Part shown: one piece after another, positions 30,998 through 40,227 of the stretch
Layout: the number at the start of each line of letters is the position of its first letter
Numbering within the stretch: the first letter of the stretch is position 1
Assembly (NCBI GenBank): GCA_963664195.1
Contig: OY760907.1
Location: 2,272,001 to 2,336,000, forward strand
Reading direction: 5' to 3'
DNA from: an uncultured candidate division Zixibacteria bacterium
GTDB lineage: Bacteria > Zixibacteria > MSB-5A5 > GN15 > FEB-12
Length of the DNA stretch: 64,000 nt
Made by a program: the position numbers and the translations under genes
The notes under the pieces: model-generated
The model's database searches: none
Told to the model about the DNA's origin: nothing
What the model saw: only the letters and a program-made list of their open reading frames with translations

Positions 30998-31530
30998 TGG
31001 ATGCGTACAATGTTTTGTTTGTCGACGATGAGCCGTTCATTCTGAAGGCCATGATGAGGCTGTTTCGCGGAGATCAGATGAACATCCTGACAGCGCCCGA
31101 CGGCGAAAACGCTCTCGAAATCGTCAAGAGTAGGTGCATCCAGGTTGTAGTGACGGACAACATCATGCCGGGGATGTCCGGTGTGGAGTTGGTGCGAAAG
31201 ATCAAGGAGTGTTCGCCCAACACGGTGAGGATAATTTTGTCCGGTCACTCCGATATGGATGCAGTGTTGAAGGCGATAAATGAGGGAGAGGCGTACAGGT
31301 TCGTCATGAAGCCTTGGCACGATTTGGATATGAAGGCCACCGTTCATCTGGCGCTAGCCCAGTATCGCCTGACGGAGCAGAATTTGGAGTTGATTTCCGA
31401 AATTCAAGCTCAGCGCTTGATTGTCTCAAGGCTTAGGAAGAGATTTCCCGAGGTCTACGTTCAACTGTTGGCGGATGTTCCGGGTGCAGACGACTTACTT
31501 AACCCTAGGTCGTCCGCAGTTAGCGGCTAA
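30997..31530 (+). CDS. Response regulator receiver with coiled-coil tail
   Basis: VLFVDDE, VTDNIMPG, ILSG, KPW; GTG start overlaps upstream TAG. Confidence 0.88.
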   Translation: MDAYNVLFVDDEPFILKAMMRLFRGDQMNILTAPDGENALEIVKSRCIQVVVTDNIMPGMSGVELVRKIKECSPNTVRIILSGHSDMDAVLKAINEGEAYRFVMKPWHDLDMKATVHLALAQYRLTEQNLELISEIQAQRLIVSRLRKRFPEVYVQLLADVPGADDLLNPRSSAVSG

Positions 31531-31552
31531 AAACACAAGAAGGAGCGACACC

Positions 31553-32380
31553 ATGCCTATGGCCGTAGATGATGTACTTGACCGCCTTTCTGGATTACCT
31601 CCGTTTCCGAAGGTTACCACAAGATTGCTGTCAATGCTTGAAGACGATGGGGTTGCGGCGCAGGATATCGCCCAGGTCATCTCCACCGATCCGTCGCTTG
31701 TCCTCAAGTCGCTGCATTTGGCAAACTCTCCCTTCTACATGGTGTCAAAGCCTATTGAGACGGTAATGGAAGCCGTGTTGGTTCTCGGGATCAATACTAT
31801 AAAGAGTATCACAACCGCAGCAGCAATCCAGAAAGGGCTTGCGGCGGTCAAACCGCGTGCCGATGCGTTTGATATGCTGGGATTCTGGCGGCACTCCTAT
31901 GCTACTGCCATAGCTGCAAGCAAGCTTGCCACCGGCAGGCAGAAGGGCGTCGCCGACACTCTCTACGTAGCAGGTCTAATCCACGACATTGGCGAAGTGA
32001 TTCTGGCTTACTACTGGCCGGAAGTCTGGCTGGGAATCGTGAACAGCTTCCGGGCAAGTACGGAGCCCCTTGAGGAAATCGAGATGAGGCTGTTTCATCG
32101 AACCCACAAAGACATCGGCGCGCAACTGTGCCGCAACTGGCTATTCCCCGACAAGATCGTTGAACTGATCGAGCGCCACAACGATACGCCTGATCCTTCG
32201 ACACCCGAGCATCTTCGTATGCTCCACCAGGCTCATCTTCTGGTCACTCAATGCGGATTCGGATTCCCACTTTGCCGACAAACGGAACCGAGTTGCGAGG
32301 AAGAGAGTGAAGAATACAAGAGCATAGTCGAAACGCTGCCGGGCGATGTTGATTACCAACTCAGAGTTCTTGAGGGCTGA
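31553..32380 (+). CDS. HDOD domain protein
   Basis: LPPFP, DPSL..K.L.LANS, AVLVLG, FWRHS, AGLIHDIG, W.FP; AAGGAG RBS. Confidence 0.9.
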   Translation: MPMAVDDVLDRLSGLPPFPKVTTRLLSMLEDDGVAAQDIAQVISTDPSLVLKSLHLANSPFYMVSKPIETVMEAVLVLGINTIKSITTAAAIQKGLAAVKPRADAFDMLGFWRHSYATAIAASKLATGRQKGVADTLYVAGLIHDIGEVILAYYWPEVWLGIVNSFRASTEPLEEIEMRLFHRTHKDIGAQLCRNWLFPDKIVELIERHNDTPDPSTPEHLRMLHQAHLLVTQCGFGFPLCRQTEPSCEEESEEYKSIVETLPGDVDYQLRVLEG

Positions 32381-32434
32381 GATAGCGGGCATGTCTGTCA
32401 TAAGTGCGGCAGTCCTCAGGATTTGGAGCAAACG

Positions 32435-33748
32435 ATGGCCGATATTCTATTCGTAGACGACGAGCAGCACATTCTCAATGCGCTGAGGAGAGTCTTTCGC
32501 AAATTCAATGACTATGTGTGCCACTTCGCCAATTCGCCACAGGAAGCCCTTGATATCCTCTCCGGTCAACATGTTGACGTGCTTGTCAGCGACCACCAAA
32601 TGCCGCAGATGACCGGGGCGGAGTTTCTCTCGCGAGTCAAGGAAAAGCGTCCGAGCATGGTACGAATCATGCTGACGGGTCAAGCGGATCTTGATGCGGT
32701 GCAGCGGGCGGTGAACAGCGGCGAGGTATTTCGATTCATCCTGAAGCCGTGGAAGGACGACGAGTTGCGTCAGAGCGTCCAGAGCGCCGTGGAATACGGC
32801 TCTCTTCGAGTGGAGAATCAGCGGCTTCAGGAATTGACTCAGCGCCAGAACGAGGAGCTTTCGGCATCCAATGAAATGCTCGAGGATCAGGTCAAGGCTC
32901 GGACCGCGCAGCTTGCGGACGCGCTTCATACGGCCCAGGCTCTGAATTCCCAGTTGGAAGAGACACTCTACTCAAGCACAAAGGCACTCTTCGATTTGAT
33001 CCAGCTTGCTCGCCCGGATCTGGGTGCTCACAGTCGACGAGTTGCCGATGTTGCCGTAGCGTTTGGTGATGCCTGTGGCCTCAATGCAAGAGACATGAAA
33101 GTGCTCGAGATTTCGGCGCTTTTGCATGATTGCGGCAAGCTCAGCATGCCATTGTATATAATTGGCAAGAGCCCGGACGACTACTCCAAGGCGGAACAGG
33201 ATATCTATCGAACCCATCCTGCGCTCGGCACGGAAGTCCTGAAGGGTGTCAGCTATTTTGGCGATGTGAGCAAGACGATACTTATGCACCACGAGCGGTG
33301 GGATGGCTACGGGTTTCCCGATCGCAAATCCGGACGAGCTATATCGCTGGAGGCATACATAGTAGGTCTTGCAGACGAATATGATCACTTGATGAATCGA
33401 CCAAACACTAACGATGAGTTCAGGTACCAGTATGCCTGCGAGCGGATTGCAGAGTTTGCCGACAAGAAGTTCCCTGTCAAGCTGGTACAAGTGTGCCTCG
33501 ATTACGCCGAAACGGCAAACGATCGCAAGACTACTGAGGACGAAGTGGAAGTTGGACTGGCCGACCTCGCACCCAATGTTACCCTCTCGCGCGATATCTA
33601 CACAATGACGGGAAGTCTCCTGGTTGCGAGTGGAGCTACCCTGACAATCCAGAACATCGCTCGCATCCGTGCCATAGCAAAACTCGATCCCATTGCCGGG
33701 GGAATATATGTTACTAGCAAAGCTGGCCGACAACCGGCAAGAGTCTGA
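32435..33748 (+). CDS. Response regulator with HD-GYP-type phosphodiesterase domain (RpfG-like)
   Basis: REC (VDDE, SDHQMP, KPW); HSRRV, LLHDCGK, HP..G, HHERWDGYGFP, ADEYD. Confidence 0.88.
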   Translation: MADILFVDDEQHILNALRRVFRKFNDYVCHFANSPQEALDILSGQHVDVLVSDHQMPQMTGAEFLSRVKEKRPSMVRIMLTGQADLDAVQRAVNSGEVFRFILKPWKDDELRQSVQSAVEYGSLRVENQRLQELTQRQNEELSASNEMLEDQVKARTAQLADALHTAQALNSQLEETLYSSTKALFDLIQLARPDLGAHSRRVADVAVAFGDACGLNARDMKVLEISALLHDCGKLSMPLYIIGKSPDDYSKAEQDIYRTHPALGTEVLKGVSYFGDVSKTILMHHERWDGYGFPDRKSGRAISLEAYIVGLADEYDHLMNRPNTNDEFRYQYACERIAEFADKKFPVKLVQVCLDYAETANDRKTTEDEVEVGLADLAPNVTLSRDIYTMTGSLLVASGATLTIQNIARIRAIAKLDPIAGGIYVTSKAGRQPARV

Positions 33749-36700
33749 ACTCGGAACGCACACCGGGTCCGATTTGGGAGAAGCCTGCCGGGAGATCGAA
33801 TCTCTGTACCAGGCCTATCCCGGTACGGTGTTTCGTCTGAATGGCAACGGGATCATTCTCGGTTACAAAGTCGAATCGGATTCGCCTCTCAGGATGGAGC
33901 CTGGAAGCAGGTTAGGTAGGAGACTCTCAGAAGTTCTCCCTGCTGAAATAGCGGCCGATCTTGATGAGGCGGTCTTAAGGGCGACCAACCAGAAGCAGCC
34001 CCAGACTTTTCAATGCGAGTATAATCGGATCGAGTCGAAGAGCTTCTGCGAAGTCCGCATCCAGCCGACGGCCGATGGTGGAACGATCCTCTGTATCCAG
34101 TATTTGGTCGCCAGAGAGACGGAAGAGGAGCACGAGCTTGAAGACAATCGACGAATCAGGGTTGCCTTTGACAATACCACGGAGTTCTTTGGATTGACAT
34201 CGCTCGACGGCACACTGCTGGAGGTCAATCAAACCGCACTCAGATTTTCCGAGGCGCAGCGGGCTGAGGTCATCGGCCGCCCTTTCTGCGAGGGACCGTG
34301 GTGGACACACTCTCCTGAACTACAGGATAAGCTGCGCAAGGCTGTGCGGAGTGCTGCCGACGGAGTGGCAGGCAACTTTGAGGTGACTCACGTCGCCGCC
34401 GAAGGGTCGACCCATTGGGTGGACTTTTCTCTGCGGCCGGTGAAAGACGGTTCTGGCCGTATCATCTTCCTGGTCGCCGAGGGACGGGACGTCACAGATC
34501 GCAAACTGGCCGAAAAGGCCCTGCACGAATCACGCGAATTGCTTCATGCAGTACTGGACTCCATACCGATCCGAGTTTTCTGGAAGGATCGGGACTTGAA
34601 GTATCTTGGCTGCAACACGGCGTTTGCCAACGATGCAGGTTTCGAGACCTCCGAGGAGATGATCGGAAAGAGCGACTCTGACTTGATCTGGGCCGACGAA
34701 GCTGAGAAGTATCGTTCCGACGACCAGGAGGTGATTGAAAGCGGCAAGGAGAAGCTTCTCATGGAGGAGCCGCAGACAACCACTACCGGAGATAAGATTT
34801 GGTTGTTGACGAGCAAGGTCCCTCTCAGGGACACTGCGGGCAAGGTCTGTGGCGTTTTGGGGACCTACTACGACATTACGGAGAAGCAGGTTACAGAGCG
34901 GAAATTGGAGGCTCATGCCGCTGAGTTGCGGTCAGCGCTGAATGAGTTGAGCCTAGCGAGAGGTTTTATTGATGGCATTCTGAATGCGGTGGTGGACCCT
35001 ATATACGTGAAGGATGAAGACCGCCGCTACATTCTTGTTAACGACAGTCTTTGTCGTTTCATTGGGCGCAGCAGGGAGGAGATTGTCGGAGAGATCGCGG
35101 AAGATCTCTTCCTGGCTGAAGAAGCGGACGCGTTCAGAGATTCGGAACAACAGGTGTTTGATACCGGACAGGTACTCGAGATCGAGGAATCTGTAACTGA
35201 TTGCAGGGGTGAGGTCCATGAAACGCTCACCAAAACGAGCTTGTACTGCAATCATGTGGATGGAAAGAGGTACCTTGTCGGAGTGGCCAGAGACATCACG
35301 GAGCGCAAGAAGCTTGAGACACAACGTGATCTGATGTCAGCGGCTGTTGAATCGGCTGCCGAGGTAGTTGTCGTCACGGACACCGCAGGGAGGATCGAAT
35401 ACGCAAACTCGGCATTTGAAAGAGTATCAGGGTATTCTCGATCCGAGGTGATAGGCGAGAACGCCGCCATAAGCCAGAGCGGCAATCATGATTCGTCCTT
35501 CTACAAGGAACTCTGGAGCACCATTAAGTCCGGTAATGTGTGGAAGGGGCAACTCAAGAACAAGCGCAAAGACGGTTCGCTGTACGACGAAGAGGCCACC
35601 ATTTCACCCCTTGTCAGTAGTGATGGATTAATCACTAATTTTGTGGCCGTGAAGCGTGACATCACTCAGGAGCTGAATCTCGAACGCCAGCTTCGTCAGT
35701 CTCAGAAGCTTGAGGCTATCGGGACCTTGGCTGGCGGCATCGCCCACGATTTCAACAACATGTTGACCGCGATTATTGGACAGGCAAGTTTGCTGCAGAC
35801 GTCAAGAAAGGACGACGCTAAGGTTCTCAAGGCTTCTTCGGAGATCATCAACACGGGAAACAGGGCTGCGACCCTGACCCGGCAGCTTCTCTCCTATGCC
35901 AGAACTGAGTCAGTGAACCCGACGGCCAGCGATTTGAATGACCGGTTGCTGGAAGCGACCGGGATGCTGAAACGATTGATCGGCGACGACCTAGAGCTCC
36001 TTCTTGATCTCAGCGACAACCTCAAGAAGGTCAGTGTCGATAGTTCGCAGTTGGACCAGGTGGTGTTGAACCTGGTCGTTAACGCGCGAGACGCCATGTC
36101 GTTCGGAGGCACGATCCGCCTTGAGACTGCGAGTCGAAGCCTTTCTGTTACGGAACTCTGTGATTTCCCCGGCCTCGCAGAGGGAGAGTACGTGATGCTG
36201 AGATGCTGGGACACCGGTTCTGGCATGACGCCGGAAGTTGCCGCCCGGATATTCGACCCATTCTACACGACAAAGGAGCAAGGCAAGGGCACCGGGTTGG
36301 GACTCTCCACTGTCTACGGAATTGTGAGACAAGCCAAAGGGTTCATTGGGGTGAAAAGCGAGAGGCTGAAGGGAACCTGTTTCACCGTGCTGTTCCCTGT
36401 GGCAAGCGAAGAGTTGGAGGTTGTTGCTGCCCCTCCGACACAGGAAGTGCGCAACACAAGAGGGTCCGGGACAATTCTGCTGGCCGAAGAGGACCAGAAG
36501 GCACGATCGGCAAGACGGCAACTTCTCGAATCGAAAGAGTATGAAGTCCTTGAAGCACTGACCGTCGAGGAAGCCATAGTGATTGCGCAGAACTGGCCCA
36601 GCCCAATCAACCTATTGCTGGTGGACGCAGGGATGTTGGGTCTGAACGGGCAAGAAATCGCGAATAGGGCTGCCGAGGCCCACCCGGGAATCTCAGTCCT

Positions 36701-36842
36701 TTTCATGACCGGGCTGGACGACGACAGCGTCTTACAGAAGATCCCTTTATGTGAGACTGCTCGCACAGTAGATCGGACCGGTTCTTCTGGTGAGTTGCTC
36801 CAAGAAATTAGATCGGCATTGGAATCGGTGGAAGTCGCGTAG
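33708..36842 (+). CDS. Five-PAS hybrid histidine kinase with atypical C-terminal receiver
   Basis: Five PAS units, GGIAHDFNNML, NLVVNARDAM, DTGSGM, GTGLGL; degenerate REC. Start uncertain (ATG 33708 after GGGGGAA overlaps the previous gene). Confidence 0.88.
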   Translation: MLLAKLADNRQESELGTHTGSDLGEACREIESLYQAYPGTVFRLNGNGIILGYKVESDSPLRMEPGSRLGRRLSEVLPAEIAADLDEAVLRATNQKQPQTFQCEYNRIESKSFCEVRIQPTADGGTILCIQYLVARETEEEHELEDNRRIRVAFDNTTEFFGLTSLDGTLLEVNQTALRFSEAQRAEVIGRPFCEGPWWTHSPELQDKLRKAVRSAADGVAGNFEVTHVAAEGSTHWVDFSLRPVKDGSGRIIFLVAEGRDVTDRKLAEKALHESRELLHAVLDSIPIRVFWKDRDLKYLGCNTAFANDAGFETSEEMIGKSDSDLIWADEAEKYRSDDQEVIESGKEKLLMEEPQTTTTGDKIWLLTSKVPLRDTAGKVCGVLGTYYDITEKQVTERKLEAHAAELRSALNELSLARGFIDGILNAVVDPIYVKDEDRRYILVNDSLCRFIGRSREEIVGEIAEDLFLAEEADAFRDSEQQVFDTGQVLEIEESVTDCRGEVHETLTKTSLYCNHVDGKRYLVGVARDITERKKLETQRDLMSAAVESAAEVVVVTDTAGRIEYANSAFERVSGYSRSEVIGENAAISQSGNHDSSFYKELWSTIKSGNVWKGQLKNKRKDGSLYDEEATISPLVSSDGLITNFVAVKRDITQELNLERQLRQSQKLEAIGTLAGGIAHDFNNMLTAIIGQASLLQTSRKDDAKVLKASSEIINTGNRAATLTRQLLSYARTESVNPTASDLNDRLLEATGMLKRLIGDDLELLLDLSDNLKKVSVDSSQLDQVVLNLVVNARDAMSFGGTIRLETASRSLSVTELCDFPGLAEGEYVMLRCWDTGSGMTPEVAARIFDPFYTTKEQGKGTGLGLSTVYGIVRQAKGFIGVKSERLKGTCFTVLFPVASEELEVVAAPPTQEVRNTRGSGTILLAEEDQKARSARRQLLESKEYEVLEALTVEEAIVIAQNWPSPINLLLVDAGMLGLNGQEIANRAAEAHPGISVLFMTGLDDDSVLQKIPLCETARTVDRTGSSGELLQEIRSALESVEVA

Positions 36843-36973
36843 GAACCAGTCAAGCGGTCCAGATGACAGTTCCTTTTTTTTCGCGATTCCGTGGTGCGAG
36901 CGCAGACTATGTCTCAGCTTTCAGCTCCACCTGGTCGAATTGTCTCAAGGTGTACGATGACCAACCTCAGGCC

Positions 36974-37037
36974 GCGGTTCTAAGATAGTACACGATGGCC
37001 AGCTTTTTTATGGGTCGCCGATCGGCGGCCTTTTTTG
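36974..37037 (+). repeat. Direct repeat copy 2 (25-bp extension plus 39-bp core)
   Basis: GCGGTTCTAAGATAGTACACGATGG-CCAGCTTTTTTATGGGTCGCCGATCGGCGGCCTTTTTTG; 62 of 64 nt identical to 59445-59508. Confidence 0.97.
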
Positions 37038-37512
37038 CGTTTTTCGTGGGGGAGCGTCTTTTCACCTCCTATCCATCCAAGATACAGTATCCGTACCAGG
37101 TTCCGGTGGAGGAGGCCCCACGGGCCACCCTGAGCCAAAGCAAGCGGCTGCTCCCGTTATTTACCCTCCAGCAACCCGGAACGGTTCAGGCAGAGTTGTG
37201 TCGGTGTTTGGCGACGATTTGGTTGGCCCCAACCCAGACTACACGTCGATGTTGATTCCATCAGCGGATGGCGTTCGTAGGCAATATACACCGATTCTGA
37301 CCAGCCCTCGACGGACTGCAATGTTGACTTTCGGTTGCACTTGCCCGTATCATTCGTAGAAGCTCGCTTGTGAGTTCTCCTGCAAGCGCTCCCTCTGGAG
37401 GATTCAGTTTTTGCCTCGAGGTGGGCTGGCAGTCGAGTGGAGACACAGAGAATCGACTTGGGAGTCTGGCAAGTCGACGGCGCCGCCAGCCGTTCGATGA
37501 AGGAGGTCGATC

Positions 37513-39918
37513 ATGAATCGAAGAGTTGAGCACTTGGTCGATGGAAAACACACTCTCCGGGACTTGGTGGATATTGATCGTTTGCGCGAGATGTTGGAAC
37601 GTTTTTCGCGAGCAACCGGGTTCACGACAGGGCTCGTCTCTTATCCCGATCAGCAGCTACTCATCAAGACGGGTTGGCGGGACGCTTGCACGAAGTTCCA
37701 TCGCGCCTTTCCTGTCTCGGAAGTTCACTGCAAGCAGAGTAATCTGGAACTCACTTCCTGTCTGAGAGAGCGGAAAACACTGAATGTCAGTCACTGCGCG
37801 AGTGGATTAGTGGACGGAGCGACGCCTATCATTATTAAGGGCGCGCACGTGGCAAACCTATTCACCGGACAAATTCTCTTCGAAAAGCCGGATGTCCGAC
37901 GTTTCCGTGATCAGGGCGCGGAATACGGATACGACGTGGAGGCCTATCTTGACGCAATTAAGGAGGTCCCGATCGTGACCGAGGAGCAGTTCAAGATGGC
38001 GTTGGGCTTCTTGAGTGAAGTGGCCACCATGCTTGCCGAACAGGGGGCGAACGAACTGCGTAACCGTGCGATAGCTCAAGTGTCGAGGGAGGGGCAAGAG
38101 AGACTTCGGGCGATACTCAACTCCATCGGCGATGGAGTTATCGCCACCGACACTCTGGGCAGGGTCACTCTGTTGAACCCCGTGGCCGAGAGGCTCACCG
38201 GTTGGACGCCCGAGGAGGCACAAGGTAAGTTGCTGACTGGGATATTCACAATCGTCGACGTCCAGACAAAACTTCCCGCTGAGAGCCCAGTCAGGCGGGT
38301 CCTTGAGGGGGGGGAGACTGCGAACCTGTCCGACGACACTGTGCTGGTTGGCAGAAATGGTGTTCAACTCCACATATCCGCTTCCGGGTCGCCCATTCGT
38401 GGAGCAGACGGCTCTGTGGCCGGCGTTGTAATTGCCTTTCGGGACGTGAGTGACGAATACCGTCTGCAGAAAACATCCAGGGAATTAGCGACTATAGTCG
38501 AACAGGCAGCGGAAGGAATCGCCGTCACAGACTTGGACGGTAAACTGTGGTTTGCCAACCTTGCCTGGGCGGTCATGCACGGGTACGAGAGCGGCGAAAG
38601 GCTGGTCGGAAAGGGACTTGACGTCTTCCATTCACCCGAGCAGTTGATTGCTGACATAATGCCCTTAAATGAAGAAGCTAGGCGATGCGGTCACTGTTCC
38701 GGTTGCGTGGGACACCTTCACAAAGACGGTACGGTCTTCCCGACTCAGACGGGAGTGAATGTGCTGAGGGATGAGAGCGGCGAAGCATACGGGTTCGCCA
38801 GTTTCGCGCAGGATATAACTGAGCGCAAGCAAGCGGAAGAAGCCCTGCGAGAGAGTGAAGAGAAGTACAGGACCCTGCTTCAGCGAATTCACGCTGCAGT
38901 TGTAGTGCATGGCGCGGACACTCAAGTTCTTACATCCAATGCCACCGCGCAGGATATCCTCGGTCTTTCTGAAGACCAGATGCTTGGGAAAAGGGCAGTT
39001 GATCCGGCGTGGCATTTCTTTCTCGAAGACGGCACGGTAATGCCTCCCGATGACTATCCTGTGAACAAGGTCCTTGCAACTGGGAAGAGTCTTACTGACT
39101 ATGTCATCGGTCTACATCGCCCTCAAAGAGCAGCCGAGAGTGATGTCTGGGTACTGGCAAATGCCGATCCGGTTTTTGATCTTGACAACAAGATCACCCA
39201 GGTGGTGGTAACTTTCATGGATGTCACCGAGCGCAAGCATGCCGAGGAGGAAATCGCATGGAATCTGGCGGTCAATCAGGCCCTGGCTTCCTTGTACGTT
39301 CCCATGGTTGCAGGTGATGCTTCCATCGAACAGATAGCTGGCTTGGTACTGGAGAAGAGCAGACAATTGACACGCAGCGCACATGGTTACGTGGCTGAAA
39401 TCGACTCTGCCACCGGAGATCTTGTTGCACACACTTTGACAAAGATGATGAGAACTGGGTGCCAGGTCGCTGGAGAAGAGCATCGCAAATCGAGGTTTCC
39501 CCGAAGGGCGGATGGACTCTATTCCGGTTTGTACGGACAAGCACTGAATACAAAAGATCCCTTCTTTACAAGTGAACCGAACAAGTGTCAAGACTCTATT
39601 GGTACTCCCGAAGGACATATAGCGATTGAGAGTTTCCTGTCGGTGCCTGTTATGCTGGCCGGTGAATTGGTTGGACAGATTGCGTTGGCTAATCCAACCC
39701 GAGCCTATACGAACAGAGATTTGGAGGCAGTCAGTCGGGTGGCAGAATTCTACGCTCTGGCAATTCAACGCAAGCGTGTTGATACAGAACTGGCGGAGCA
39801 GATGAACGAAATCAATCGTTTCAACCGACTTATGGTTGGCAGGGAAGAGAAGATGATTGAGCTGAAAAGACAGATAAGCCTGCTTCTTGAGAGGGAGGGT
39901 GAGTTTCGATCAGAGTGA
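37513..39918 (+). CDS. PocR-PAS-PAS-PAS-GAF sensor without catalytic output domain
   Basis: PocR motifs (GWRDACTKFHR, C..SN, HCASGLVD.A.PI, NLFTGQ), three PAS units, a GAF, and a terminal coil MVGREEKMIELK; AAGGAGG RBS. Confidence 0.85.
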   Translation: MNRRVEHLVDGKHTLRDLVDIDRLREMLERFSRATGFTTGLVSYPDQQLLIKTGWRDACTKFHRAFPVSEVHCKQSNLELTSCLRERKTLNVSHCASGLVDGATPIIIKGAHVANLFTGQILFEKPDVRRFRDQGAEYGYDVEAYLDAIKEVPIVTEEQFKMALGFLSEVATMLAEQGANELRNRAIAQVSREGQERLRAILNSIGDGVIATDTLGRVTLLNPVAERLTGWTPEEAQGKLLTGIFTIVDVQTKLPAESPVRRVLEGGETANLSDDTVLVGRNGVQLHISASGSPIRGADGSVAGVVIAFRDVSDEYRLQKTSRELATIVEQAAEGIAVTDLDGKLWFANLAWAVMHGYESGERLVGKGLDVFHSPEQLIADIMPLNEEARRCGHCSGCVGHLHKDGTVFPTQTGVNVLRDESGEAYGFASFAQDITERKQAEEALRESEEKYRTLLQRIHAAVVVHGADTQVLTSNATAQDILGLSEDQMLGKRAVDPAWHFFLEDGTVMPPDDYPVNKVLATGKSLTDYVIGLHRPQRAAESDVWVLANADPVFDLDNKITQVVVTFMDVTERKHAEEEIAWNLAVNQALASLYVPMVAGDASIEQIAGLVLEKSRQLTRSAHGYVAEIDSATGDLVAHTLTKMMRTGCQVAGEEHRKSRFPRRADGLYSGLYGQALNTKDPFFTSEPNKCQDSIGTPEGHIAIESFLSVPVMLAGELVGQIALANPTRAYTNRDLEAVSRVAEFYALAIQRKRVDTELAEQMNEINRFNRLMVGREEKMIELKRQISLLLEREGEFRSE

Positions 39919-40002
39919 TACGTATACGGACGAAGAGGGATTGTGCCGTGTTGGAAACGTTTGAACTACATATATATTGGTGATAGCAAGTCTGATTCTT
40001 GA

Positions 40003-40227
40003 GGAGGATTCAATGTCAGAGTACGTATTCTAGTAGCAGCCAAGGAGGCGCGTTATGAGAAACGAATCACATGTCTCCAAGAGTGGAGGCAAGGAGGAGA
40101 CGTCTGGCAATTGGCTATTCTTTAGAGCTACCGCCCTCGTGATAGCTTTCCTGTTGGCGTTTCCAGTATATCTCTTGGCCCAGGAAAAAACACTAGAGGA
40201 AATGACAATTGAGGAATTGATGAATGT
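40003..40227 (+). repeat. Duplicated 5' region of TonB-dependent receptor genes, copy 1
   Basis: Colinear with 42534-42759 over the leader, RBS, signal peptide and L(E/Q)EMTIEE(L/S)MNV motif. Confidence 0.9.

Larger units (their letters stand above)
22607..36998. mobile_element. Putative integrated segment A (signal-transduction cargo, no integrase)
   Basis: Lies between repeat copies 1 and 2 immediately downstream of a tRNA; gene content switches abruptly from housekeeping to signalling. Confidence 0.55.

Noticed and set aside
37038..37512. Possible integrase remnant next to repeat copy 2 (also checked 22607-22778 and 59509-59593)
   Set aside because: No tyrosine- or serine-recombinase motifs are visible in the short ORFs; a translated homology search would be needed to exclude a highly decayed remnant.
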